Assembly (NCBI GenBank): GCA_963668675.2
Contig: CAXXMB010000002.1
Location: 1,056,001-1,120,000 of the forward strand
Length of the DNA stretch: 64,000 nt
Origin: an uncultured Desulfatitalea sp.
GTDB taxonomy: Bacteria; Desulfobacterota; Desulfobacteria; Desulfobacterales; Desulfosarcinaceae
Direction of reading: 5' to 3'
Shown here: positions 9,610 through 18,865 of the stretch, piece by piece
How the letters are laid out: every line of letters starts with the position of its first letter
Numbering within the stretch: position 1 is the stretch's first letter
Program-made: the position numbers and the translations under genes
The notes under the pieces: generated by a model
The model's input: only the letters and a program-made list of their open reading frames with translations
Told to the model about the DNA's origin: nothing
The model's database searches: none

Positions 9610-9729
9610 TGAGAGCTGCATTTGCGAAGGGTTAAAGGCCATGAAATGGCCGGCGCCCGCATCAGGCGTAACGCTCACCGATGCTTTGGGCACCGGATGA
9701 GATAAGTATGCTTTTCCCGCCGCGCCTGC

Positions 9730-10572
9730 TCACACCTGTTCAGTCGACGGGCAGATCTCTTCTATCAGTTTCAATCCATTGGCATAAAAAACACGATCAT
9801 AAAACGTCTGGGGCAGATCGAAGCTCAGAAGGTGATCGATCTCACCCATCCGGGGAAGAATAATGTTGGGAAAATCGGACCCGTAGAGGATGCGATGGCT
9901 ATACCTTTCCAGATAGCCATGATCGAGGTTGAACGTGAACGGCAGGCCCGGCCAAAAGGTGTAGGCCGTATCGAGATATAGACGGGGATGGGCATCCAGG
10001 AGGTCGATAAACCGCTGAAATTCATAACACCCCATATGGGGGATGTTGGCCGGCAGATCGGGATATCGCTCCAGGACCGGTTTAAAATGCTCCCACCCCA
10101 CAAATTCGTTTGACGAAGGACCGTTGCCCACGTGCAGCAGCAGCCGCTTTCTCTTCTCCATGACCATTTCGTACATGGGGAAGAGGCGACGGTCGTGGGG
10201 ATAGAGCCTTTGTACCTGAAAGTGCAGTTTGATGCCCACAACCCGTGGATGGGAGAGCATCTGCTCGGCATATTGGAGCGCATCGTCATCATCTGGATGG
10301 AAAGCGGCAAAGCAGTACAGCTGGTCATCCGCTCCGAGCAGGTCGAGGTTCCACTCGTTCATGGGCGCAGCGATGCCCTTTTTGTGGGCATAATTAGAGA
10401 AGACGATGCGCTCTACCCCGTGGGCATGGAGATAGTCGACACACTCCATGCTGTATAGATGGTGAAGCACCTCCGCGCCCCGGGTAGCAAAAAAATGCCA
10501 GATGGCATCGAACCCCTTATCCGGGAAGAGATGCACGTGGAAATCGATAATGGCGGGAGGAACACTTTTCAT
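9730..10572 (-). CDS. Amidohydrolase family protein (Amidohydro_2-like)
   Basis: IIDFHVH, VGIKLH, LLLHVG, IPHMG, LYLDTA, ILYGSDFP motifs. Confidence 0.9.
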   Translation of the reverse strand: MKSVPPAIIDFHVHLFPDKGFDAIWHFFATRGAEVLHHLYSMECVDYLHAHGVERIVFSNYAHKKGIAAPMNEWNLDLLGADDQLYCFAAFHPDDDDALQYAEQMLSHPRVVGIKLHFQVQRLYPHDRRLFPMYEMVMEKRKRLLLHVGNGPSSNEFVGWEHFKPVLERYPDLPANIPHMGCYEFQRFIDLLDAHPRLYLDTAYTFWPGLPFTFNLDHGYLERYSHRILYGSDFPNIILPRMGEIDHLLSFDLPQTFYDRVFYANGLKLIEEICPSTEQV

Positions 10573-11711
10573 GGTTCATTCGACAGGGGCAATCGGAAAA
10601 AAAACGTCGTGCCTTCGGAAGGGTCGGAAGTAAAATAGACCTGGCCGCCCAAGTACTGTTCGCCGAACAGCTTCATCGAGAAGGTGCCCAACCCCCTGCC
10701 GGCCTTGGACTTGGTGCTGAAAAACCGTTGGAATACCCTGAGTTGGTTCTTTTCACTGATATGGGCCCCATTCCAGACTTTCCATACGACAGCATCGCTC
10801 CGGAGGTCGACCATCAGGCGAACCAGACCGCCCTTGGACGTGGCTTCGAGCGCATTGATGACCATGTTTCCCAGCACCTTGGACACCAGCAACGGATCGG
10901 TAGAGATACTTACCTCCTCTTCAGGCCAGGACTCGATCAACTCCCTGTCGATACGTGACGTGTGTCCATCGATCAGCAGGTTCAACTCTCTCTTGATCCT
11001 GCTCAGGGGCACATTTGTTTTGTTCAGCGAGTAAGTGGCCCCCCTGCTGCTGGACAGGGCGCGCTGCAACGACACCTCCGCATTCAACCTCACCGCTGCG
11101 GCCCTGATCTGCTGGGCCTCCATGCTGTCCGGCATATCTGCGGCCAGCAGGTCGCTGTACCCCAGCAGGGCAGCCAGCGAATTGTTGATGTCGTGGAAAA
11201 AGACACGCTCCAGATTCATCCAGAACTGCTCTTGGGTGATATCCTGGGCAAAGATCAAAATCCACCGGCGGTCATCCACCCGGATGGGATGTGCTCGGAC
11301 CAACAGGCAGATATCGCTGGTTGCACCATTGTTTCCCGAGGTGAGCGCACACACCTGTTCATCGATCACATCGTTTTTGATGGCCGCCATCATGGCGATG
11401 GCCGCGCCGCAGGTCACGCACTGGGGCGTGGTGCCGCAACCATTGGGCGGGTCATGGGCATGAACGCACTGCAGGCACTCCCCCAGACGCATAGCCAGCA
11501 CCTCCTCCGCATTGGAGATGCCAATGGCTTCCAGAAAAGCATGGTTGATGGCCACAATCTGACGGTCCTCATTGAGAACGACCAGAAGACCGGAGACGGT
11601 CTTGAGCAGTGCGCTCATGACGGGGCTTTGACTGATATCGACAAGCTGGTTTTGGAACTCTCTTCGGTCGGTCCTCTGTTCCGGCGCAAAATGGGTCTCA
11701 ACGGTCGTCAT
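10569..11711 (-). CDS. Cytoplasmic PAS-domain sensor histidine kinase
   Basis: PAS-like N-terminus with Cys-rich insert, FFHDINN H-box, NMVINALEA N-box, FSTK and GRGLG boxes. Confidence 0.88.
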   Translation of the reverse strand: MTTVETHFAPEQRTDRREFQNQLVDISQSPVMSALLKTVSGLLVVLNEDRQIVAINHAFLEAIGISNAEEVLAMRLGECLQCVHAHDPPNGCGTTPQCVTCGAAIAMMAAIKNDVIDEQVCALTSGNNGATSDICLLVRAHPIRVDDRRWILIFAQDITQEQFWMNLERVFFHDINNSLAALLGYSDLLAADMPDSMEAQQIRAAAVRLNAEVSLQRALSSSRGATYSLNKTNVPLSRIKRELNLLIDGHTSRIDRELIESWPEEEVSISTDPLLVSKVLGNMVINALEATSKGGLVRLMVDLRSDAVVWKVWNGAHISEKNQLRVFQRFFSTKSKAGRGLGTFSMKLFGEQYLGGQVYFTSDPSEGTTFFFRLPLSNEP

Positions 11712-12118
11712 GGGTCCCCCTATTTGAGTGGATCTGCGGCAAACAGGGTCCTAAATCTTGATCTTTATTATTTAGACACCATTTCAGACAAAAAAAAAGT
11801 CTTTTCTCAATCCGGCCTTGCCCGGGGTGTAGCTTGCACAGCAGGTCATTTAGCGTAAAGATGTCCCGTCGATTTTAAACGCCATGGCCTTTCACTTCCC
11901 CCAGCGTTGCATGGATGCTTCAGGCAATGGGACGACATACGATTCTGCCGCTTAAGCGATAGCACCGCCCCCATAGAAGATGGACGAATTAAGATTTTGT
12001 AGTGTTTTGGAACAAACTGAGCTATAAGAGGCGGTCGACAGGTCCCATCAAGCTGCTGAATCTGCATGATAATTATCCCGGCGACGCCCGCGGGAAGAAG
12101 AACTGGTCCGATATTCGA

Positions 12119-13384
12119 ATGAAAAAGAAGGTCTATTACGGATGGTGGATCGTCGCCGCGACCAACATCATCTGCATGTTCGGTTACGGCACCTGGCTCT
12201 ACAGCTTCGGTGTGTTTTTCAAACCCATGTCTTCCGAATTCGGCTGGACCCGGGCAATGACCTCCGGTGCTTATGCCATGCGCACCATCGAGGGCGGTAT
12301 TGCGTCGCCTCTGGTGGGATGGGCGGTGGATCGATACGGTTCGCGCCTTTTGATCATCATTGGTGCCGTCATCTCCGGCGGCGCTTTCATGCTGATGCCG
12401 GCCATCGCGTCCCTGTGGGGTTTTTACCTGATCTACGGCGTACTGCTCTCCGCCGGCATGAGCGCCATGCTCTATCTGCCTGCCTGGACAGTGATCGCCA
12501 AATGGTTCCAGCGCCGTCTATCCTTTGCCCTGGCAATTCTCTCCGTAGGGGCGGGATTCGGCGGATTGATCTGTGCGCCGCTGGCGGCCGTCATGATCAC
12601 CCATTTCGGATGGCGCACAGCCTTCGTCGTGATGGGGATCTTTATCTGGTGCCTGGTCATCCCTCTGGCTTTCGTTATAAAAGAGAAACCTCAGGATATT
12701 GGAATGCTGCCAGATGGCGTGCCGCTCGAGCCAAAAACATCGGAAGCCGAAGGGCCCCTCCCCACAACGGAGAAATCGGAATCGGTTGCGGCCAGCCCAG
12801 CCGACTACACTTTGAAAGAGGCCCTGAAGACCTCCACCTTCTGGCTTCTGGCTTTGGCCTTCTTCTTCCAGGCCATGGCTCACTCAACGGTCACCGTGCA
12901 CACGATACCGGCCCTGACAGACGCGGGTATTCCCGTGGAACGCGCCGCGTTCAGCATCGGTCTGTTGACCCTTGTAAGCGTCATCGGACGGCTCTCCTTC
13001 GGAACCCTGGGCGACTATTTCAACAAGCGCTACCTCTTCATGATCTCCTACGTGATGATGGGCTCCGGCATGCTGGTGCTCATGAACGCTAAAACCATGG
13101 GGACGGTGTGGATCTTCATCTTTCTGTTCGGTATCGGCTTCGGCGGCAATGTCCCCCTGATGCCGGCGATACGAGCCGAATACTTCGGCAGAGCATCCCT
13201 GGGGAAAATCCAGGGTGTCATGAACCCGGTCATGATGATATCGGGTGCCACAGGCCCCATACTGGCCGGCCACCTTTTCGACACCACCGGCTCCTATCGC
13301 ACCGCCTTCATGACCATCGGCCTTCTCACCTTCGTGGCCGCCATCGTCATCTTCTTTGCCCGCCCGAGCAAAAAACCAAGATAG
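12119..13384 (+). CDS. MFS transporter (oxalate/formate antiporter or monocarboxylate-like)
   Basis: YYGWWIV start, GWAVDRYGSR motif A, about 12 TM segments. Confidence 0.9.
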   Translation: MKKKVYYGWWIVAATNIICMFGYGTWLYSFGVFFKPMSSEFGWTRAMTSGAYAMRTIEGGIASPLVGWAVDRYGSRLLIIIGAVISGGAFMLMPAIASLWGFYLIYGVLLSAGMSAMLYLPAWTVIAKWFQRRLSFALAILSVGAGFGGLICAPLAAVMITHFGWRTAFVVMGIFIWCLVIPLAFVIKEKPQDIGMLPDGVPLEPKTSEAEGPLPTTEKSESVAASPADYTLKEALKTSTFWLLALAFFFQAMAHSTVTVHTIPALTDAGIPVERAAFSIGLLTLVSVIGRLSFGTLGDYFNKRYLFMISYVMMGSGMLVLMNAKTMGTVWIFIFLFGIGFGGNVPLMPAIRAEYFGRASLGKIQGVMNPVMMISGATGPILAGHLFDTTGSYRTAFMTIGLLTFVAAIVIFFARPSKKPR

Positions 13385-13393
13385 CCGTAGGTT

Positions 13394-14260
13394 CTAATAG
13401 AGTTGGATCAGCTCTTCGATCATGGTCATGTCGGCGTCGTCAAGTTCGATGTCGTAGGCGCTTAGATCCTCGCGCATGTGCCTCTCATCGGTCGTACCGG
13501 TCAGCGGAAAGATTCCCAACTGCAGACAAAAACGGAACACCACCCGCGCCACAGAGCACCTCAAACGGCCAGCGAGCCGGTGGACCGGGGCACAGTTCAA
13601 CTCCCTGGCATTGGCCGTCAATAAGGAAAACCCCTGATATAGCACACCATGGGCATCGCACAGGGCGCGCACCTCCGCATCCCACCGGGTGCGCACAAAA
13701 CAGCGGTTTTGCACGATCGCCGGTTTCACCTCGGCCTCTTCGATCAACTGCCGCAACTGCTCGCCACTGACATTGGAGACCCCAATCAGCCGAACGGTTC
13801 CGGTCCGCAACAGCGCCTCCATCGCCCGCCACACCTCCCAGTCGGCCTCGACCAACCCATATGGCGTCGATGGGCCGTGCAACAGGTATGCGTCCAAATA
13901 GTCGGTGCCAAGATGGGCCAGGGAGCTCTCCACCGACTGCAGCACCTGCTCGGCGTACCCGGCCCGGGGATCGTAGGGCAGGCGGTGATCCTGGCCGGCC
14001 ACATAGGTGAACTTGGATTGAAGATAGATCGCTTCGCGCCCTAAACGTCCCTCCTCCATAAAACCCCGCACCGCAGCCCCAACCCCGACCTCATTGTAAT
14101 GCCGACGCTGATTGGCCGTATCGATCCCCCTGAACCCGGCCCCGAGTGCCATCCGGGTCAGCGCCTCGGTCCGCTCCTCCTTCCAGGCCGTCCCATAAAG
14201 AAAAGTGGGCACTCGAACGCCGTTCAGGTCCAGGTAACGATCAACTCGTGAGGTCATCAT
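13394..14260 (-). CDS. Aldo/keto reductase
   Basis: GFRGIDTA..HYNE, YLQSKF, SLAHLGTDYLDAYLLHGP, IGVSN. Confidence 0.92.
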   Translation of the reverse strand: MMTSRVDRYLDLNGVRVPTFLYGTAWKEERTEALTRMALGAGFRGIDTANQRRHYNEVGVGAAVRGFMEEGRLGREAIYLQSKFTYVAGQDHRLPYDPRAGYAEQVLQSVESSLAHLGTDYLDAYLLHGPSTPYGLVEADWEVWRAMEALLRTGTVRLIGVSNVSGEQLRQLIEEAEVKPAIVQNRCFVRTRWDAEVRALCDAHGVLYQGFSLLTANARELNCAPVHRLAGRLRCSVARVVFRFCLQLGIFPLTGTTDERHMREDLSAYDIELDDADMTMIEELIQLY

Positions 14261-14343
14261 GATTCATCTCTCCCTACATCGATATTCATTTTGAGGGTGT
14301 GTTGATATTCGTACGCGTTTGACCATTTATGAAAAGAGAAGTG

Positions 14344-14883
14344 TCAGAACGGCTCGGGCATACCCACGGCAAAGATGGGCGACATCCTCGACAACTCAAA
14401 CCGCTGCTCGTTCACTTCAGTTCCCCACTGCCGGCCCCTGTGCTCCTCGACCAACTCAAAACCCACCGTCTCATATAGGCTGCGGGCCGCCAACAATCCC
14501 TCGAACGTCCACAAATAGACCCGGCCATATCCTTTGCTTTTACAAAAATCCATCGCCGCCTTCATCAACTGCCGACCTACCCCCAGCCCCTGGACCGCCT
14601 CTGAAACGACAAACCAGCGAAGGTGCGCCCCGTGCCCGTCGGCATCGACCCCGTCTATGGTGATCGCCCCCTCCACCTCGCCGTCCACCGAGGCTGTCCA
14701 GAAGCCATCGCGTTCGTCGTTGTAGCGATCCATGAACTCGGACAACTCCCGGGCGACCTTGGCTTCAAAAACCACCCCGAACCCCCAATGCCGGCTGTAA
14801 TAGCTGCCGTGCAAGGTCACCACCCGTCCGATGGCCCCAGGCAGGTAGCCCTTCTGTATGCTTATACTGGAAAGCGAATTCAT
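14344..14883 (-). CDS. GNAT family N-acetyltransferase
   Basis: LRWFVV..VQGLGVGRQLM acetyl-CoA binding motif, ARSLYETVGF. Confidence 0.9.
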   Translation of the reverse strand: MNSLSSISIQKGYLPGAIGRVVTLHGSYYSRHWGFGVVFEAKVARELSEFMDRYNDERDGFWTASVDGEVEGAITIDGVDADGHGAHLRWFVVSEAVQGLGVGRQLMKAAMDFCKSKGYGRVYLWTFEGLLAARSLYETVGFELVEEHRGRQWGTEVNEQRFELSRMSPIFAVGMPEPF

Positions 14884-14935
14884 GGCCCAGAATCCAATTC
14901 GTTGATCGCTAACTGCCCTCCCGCGAAAGGCCTTT

Positions 14936-15784
14936 TCAAGAGGCAGCTTCCGTGTCCAGTCCCGTTATCTGCTGGCCACAGCGCTTGCAGTGACGGGCAT
15001 CGCTGTCATGACCGACAAGACCGCACTGCGGGCAACGCCTCTCCTCGGCCGCCTTGCGCGTCGCACTGCCGATCTCCACTGTCACGATGCCGGTCGGTAC
15101 GGCAATAATGGCATAGCCCATAATCATGATCACCGCCGCGAGCGCCTGTCCGAGCATCGTCTTGGGCGCGATATCCCCATACCCCACCGTCGTGAGTGTT
15201 ACGATGGCCCAGTAGACGCTTTTGGGGATGCTGGTGAACCCGTTCTCCACCCCCTCCACCAGGTACATCATGGAACCGAGCGTCACCACCAGGGTGATGA
15301 CACTGACAATAAAAACGATGATCTTGGGCCGACTCGCCCGCAAAGCCCGCATCAGCACCGCCGCTTCGGAGACATACTGGGCCAGTTTGAGAACCCGGAA
15401 CACGCGTAGCAGTCTCAGCACCCGCACCGTAAGCAACGCCTGGCCACCGGGAATCACAAGACTCAGATAGGTCGGCAAAATGGCCAACAGATCGACAATG
15501 CCGAAAAAACTGCGGGCGTATTTGGCAGCCCGAGGCGCACACCAGAGCCGCAGAAGATATTCCAGGGAGAAGATAATGGTAAAGGTCCACTCTGCCGCTC
15601 TGAGAAGCGCGCCATAGGTTGTGCGAATCTCCTGGACGCTATCGATCATTACCACAAGCACACTCGCGACAATCAGCCAAATCAGGGCAACGTCAAACGC
15701 CTTGCCGGCGGTCGTATAGTGCTCGAAGATAACGATACGAGTGCGCTCGCGCAGCGACCGTGAAGGTTGAGTTGTTGTCTGCAT
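14936..15784 (-). CDS. Voltage-gated potassium channel family ion transporter
   Basis: GGAG RBS before ATG 15784, S4 RVLRLLRVFRVLK, TTVGYGD selectivity filter, C-terminal CxxC...CxxC. Confidence 0.93.
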   Translation of the reverse strand: MQTTTQPSRSLRERTRIVIFEHYTTAGKAFDVALIWLIVASVLVVMIDSVQEIRTTYGALLRAAEWTFTIIFSLEYLLRLWCAPRAAKYARSFFGIVDLLAILPTYLSLVIPGGQALLTVRVLRLLRVFRVLKLAQYVSEAAVLMRALRASRPKIIVFIVSVITLVVTLGSMMYLVEGVENGFTSIPKSVYWAIVTLTTVGYGDIAPKTMLGQALAAVIMIMGYAIIAVPTGIVTVEIGSATRKAAEERRCPQCGLVGHDSDARHCKRCGQQITGLDTEAAS

Positions 15785-16015
15785 GGTAATCTCCGAAATG
15801 CCAAATAGCCGTTCAGCATCAACGAGAAATGAACCCCTTGCTGATAAATTCACTTCACCTTTATTGGTGAAAACAGGTAATCTATGAAACGTTTTGCCAC
15901 TATTATACATGATGCGCTCTAACAGCGATAATAAAAACTGACGACCGCGCGCTGATCCTTGTTTAAAACAACGCCTTATCAAACGAAATAACGCTTCCGA
16001 TTCAGATGGCCACAT

Positions 16016-16167
16016 ATTAAGCCGGCAATAAAATCGGCCCGCCTCCGTCATCCCGGCCCCCGGATCGCGGTCCGGAACAAGCTTTTATGATCCGGGATCC
16101 GGTAAGGGCTTGAATTCCGGCGTTCGCCGGAATGATAATTATGAATGTATTGAATTGCCGGGTTAAT
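16016..16167. mobile_element. MITE-like nested palindromic element (152 bp)
   Basis: Terminal inverted repeats ATTAAGCCGGCAATAAAAT / ATTGAATTGCCGGGTTAAT (16 of 19 match). Inner inverted GTCATCCCGGC...GCCGGAATGAT and hairpin ATTCCGGCG-tt-CGCCGGAAT. No coding capacity. Confidence 0.6.
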
Positions 16168-16271
16168 CGCTTGATTTACAGCAGAGAAATGATACACAAT
16201 GCCCCATCTCCCCTATTCTATTGAGCTCAGTGGCGATACCAGTTGATGCTGCTGAAAACCGAAAGGGTTTT

Positions 16272-17150
16272 ATGATGGAATTTGAGCAAATCATCTACAC
16301 GCCTGGAAAAATCGCCCGAATTATTCTGGACCGCCCACAACAGTTGAACGCCCAAGGCTATCAGATGTTGAAAGAGGTGGACAATGCCTTCCAGTTGGCC
16401 GTTTCCGATCAGCAATGCGGCGTGATCGTGGTATCCGGCAATGGCCGGGCGTTTTCCGCGGGTCACGATCTGGGAACGGAAGAAGAGATCCAGTATTGCC
16501 GGGAACACGGCCTTGCCGAACCGAAGAGCATGGACTTGCGGCAGAAAGTCGCCGACATGTACCAATTCTACGTGAAATTGACGCTTGCCTGGCGCAACTG
16601 CCCCAAGCCCACCATCGCCATGGTTCATGGATACTGCATCTACGGCGGCTGGATGGTGGCGGCTGCCATGGATGTGCTCTTTGCCTCCAGGGAGAGCCTA
16701 TTTCTTCCCGGCATGGTGGAGTACTTCTCCGCGCCATGGGACATCGGCCCCAAGAAAGCCAAAGAGATCCTTCTGGAGCACCGCTTCGTACCGGCAACCG
16801 AAGCGCTGGCCTGCGGCTTCGTCAACCGCCTCTTTCCGGAAGAGGATTTAGAGGCCGAAACCCTGGCCTATGCCAACCGTGTCGCCGACAACTACCTATC
16901 CGCCCCCGCCTGGACCGGCACCATCAAATCCGCCATCAACCACATGCAGGACACTCAAGGGTTCAGCTCGGAAATTGAAGCCGCCTATACCAGCTTCTGC
17001 CTGATGTACGGCTTAGGCGCTCACACCGACGCCGCGCCGGATCAGGGCGGTTTCGCCCGCACCGACACGGCTAGAAAGAATTTCGAAAGCGCCAGACCCT
17101 GGCTGATAGCACAGGGTTTGATCGACCCGAAAAACAACTCTCCCTTTTGA
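16272..17150 (+). CDS. Enoyl-CoA hydratase/isomerase (crotonase) family protein
   Basis: GRAFSAGHDL, PKPTIAMVHGYCIYGG, KAKEILL motifs. Confidence 0.9.
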   Translation: MMEFEQIIYTPGKIARIILDRPQQLNAQGYQMLKEVDNAFQLAVSDQQCGVIVVSGNGRAFSAGHDLGTEEEIQYCREHGLAEPKSMDLRQKVADMYQFYVKLTLAWRNCPKPTIAMVHGYCIYGGWMVAAAMDVLFASRESLFLPGMVEYFSAPWDIGPKKAKEILLEHRFVPATEALACGFVNRLFPEEDLEAETLAYANRVADNYLSAPAWTGTIKSAINHMQDTQGFSSEIEAAYTSFCLMYGLGAHTDAAPDQGGFARTDTARKNFESARPWLIAQGLIDPKNNSPF

Positions 17151-17281
17151 CAGGGGGGGCTTACCCAAAAAACCGTGATTATTTCGATGACAGCCGCATT
17201 GAATCTGAACCGATGGTGGGGGATTCTAAATTCCCAAGGGATATCGTTCTTGATCCGCTCCATGCTCACACCGACAAACGG

Positions 17282-17788
17282 TTACCCGTCCATCGATATC
17301 GATGCAGCGATCTGCGCGGCCAGTTGCTCCTGCCTTACACCGACGCAGTCAAAAGTGACATCGGCGTATCTCTTATAAAGGATTTGACGCTCTATAAAAA
17401 GCGCTTCGAAGGTCTGACCCTTCTCTTTCGCAATGCCGCGTGTATCGAAGTTGTCTATTCTTCTCTTGATCTCTTCGAAATCAACTTCGAGAAAGACAAT
17501 AGTAGATATGGCGCTTAAATGGGCCATTGCGTTTGGGCTGTATACAGCACTGCCACCCGTCGCAATGACATGGTGCTCGATGTTGATCTTCAGGATCTCG
17601 CGCTCCTCGATGGCCCGCAGGTTGAGGTGGTCGCTCTCCTCGATGATCTGCTGCAGCCGTTTCTGCTGATTGATCTGGATGAGCACATCCGTATCGATAA
17701 AGCCCGCACCCAGATTCTTGGCGAGTATGATCCCGGTTGTGCTCTTTCCTGCGCCGGGCATCCCGATGAGGGTGATATTTGGTTTCAT
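17282..17788 (-). CDS. aroK: Shikimate kinase
   Basis: LIGMPGAGKST Walker A, FIDTD, VIATGGSAV, ER..LYKRYAD. Confidence 0.9.
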   Translation of the reverse strand: MKPNITLIGMPGAGKSTTGIILAKNLGAGFIDTDVLIQINQQKRLQQIIEESDHLNLRAIEEREILKINIEHHVIATGGSAVYSPNAMAHLSAISTIVFLEVDFEEIKRRIDNFDTRGIAKEKGQTFEALFIERQILYKRYADVTFDCVGVRQEQLAAQIAASISMDG

Positions 17789-17968
17789 AAGCAATCCTTA
17801 CTGCAACACACTACCGGAGGCCCTCACTCTGAGCGTCACCGGTAAATTTCCTCTAAAGCTATCCTGTTTATGATCGATATTAGATCTTAGTAAGGATTTG
17901 AATCAAATTCAAATCATTCATCTTCTAAACAGTGGAATAAAGATTCTATTTCCAAATACGGGGGCAAT

Positions 17969-18451
17969 ATGAAACAATTTTCAGCTGTACTGGTCGCTAT
18001 TTCAGTTCTTTTAATGGGCTCCACTGCAATGGCAGGGGAAAAAGCGGCCCCCAAAGATGTTTATGATCTTGTCATCAAAGCGTATGACGTTGTAGCCGCC
18101 TTAAAAGAGGACTCTCTGGTTGCTTTCAACGATCCAAAAGGCGAATTCATCTACAAGGACACCTATGTGTTCGTGATGCAGTGTCCGGAGTATGTGGTGG
18201 CCCATCCGTATGCCATCGACAAACTCGAGGGCAAAGACCTGAGAGAAAAATTTCCATTTCAGATCACCCTTTGCGACGGGGGCAAAAACCCTCAGGGCAC
18301 CTGGGTCGAATACAAATGGCCCAAACCGGGCAGCAAAGAGCCTTCCCGCAAAATCTCATTTGTCATAGGTGTCAAGGACACCCCTTATACCATCGCTGCC
18401 GGCATTTATGATGACAATACATCCATTGCGGAACTCAACCAGGGGAAATAG
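17969..18451 (+). CDS. Stand-alone periplasmic single Cache domain protein
   Basis: Signal peptide (AMA), FNDPKGEFIYKDTYVFV, AHP, WVEYKWPKPG...KISFV. Confidence 0.82.
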   Translation: MKQFSAVLVAISVLLMGSTAMAGEKAAPKDVYDLVIKAYDVVAALKEDSLVAFNDPKGEFIYKDTYVFVMQCPEYVVAHPYAIDKLEGKDLREKFPFQITLCDGGKNPQGTWVEYKWPKPGSKEPSRKISFVIGVKDTPYTIAAGIYDDNTSIAELNQGK

Positions 18452-18865
18452 ACCTCTCTCTTTCCAATGGACAGACGAAGGGGCCGGAGTTGATCGCCGC
18501 CCCTTCCGTCATCTGCAACTGCGTCGACACCTGCCTTCAATAAGTGTACTTGATGGAGGCAATAGAGCACCTCTTTTGCATACTGCCCGCATCCTTATCC
18601 AAAGGGACGTCTCCGACCGTTTTACAGCATAAAGAATCGCCGTTTCAGAAACGATAAGAGCGCCACATGGTACGGATTATTCCATCCCCGTCCATTCGCC
18701 ATCCCCCTGCCATTTCCGGAAAGCATTTCAGTTGGGCAATCCGTTCCTGTCCTTGAATCATCCTTCTTTCAATCTTTCCGGCGACATGGTACTCTCGACA
18801 CAACGAAAACGCACCTTTATGCCTCAACGTGTCTTATCCAACGGCCTATCTGGTCTGGAGGAGAA

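Noticed and set aside
17148..17378. Possible TGA readthrough of the crotonase into in-frame ORF 17175-17378
   Set aside because: The crotonase domain is already complete, there is no SECIS, and the extension overlaps aroK on the other strand
18474..18561. Two hairpins after the Cache gene (GACGAAGGGGC/GCCCCTTCCGTC and TGCCTTCA/TGGAGGCA)
   Set aside because: No U-tract or family motif; probably ordinary 3' UTR structure, not enough to call
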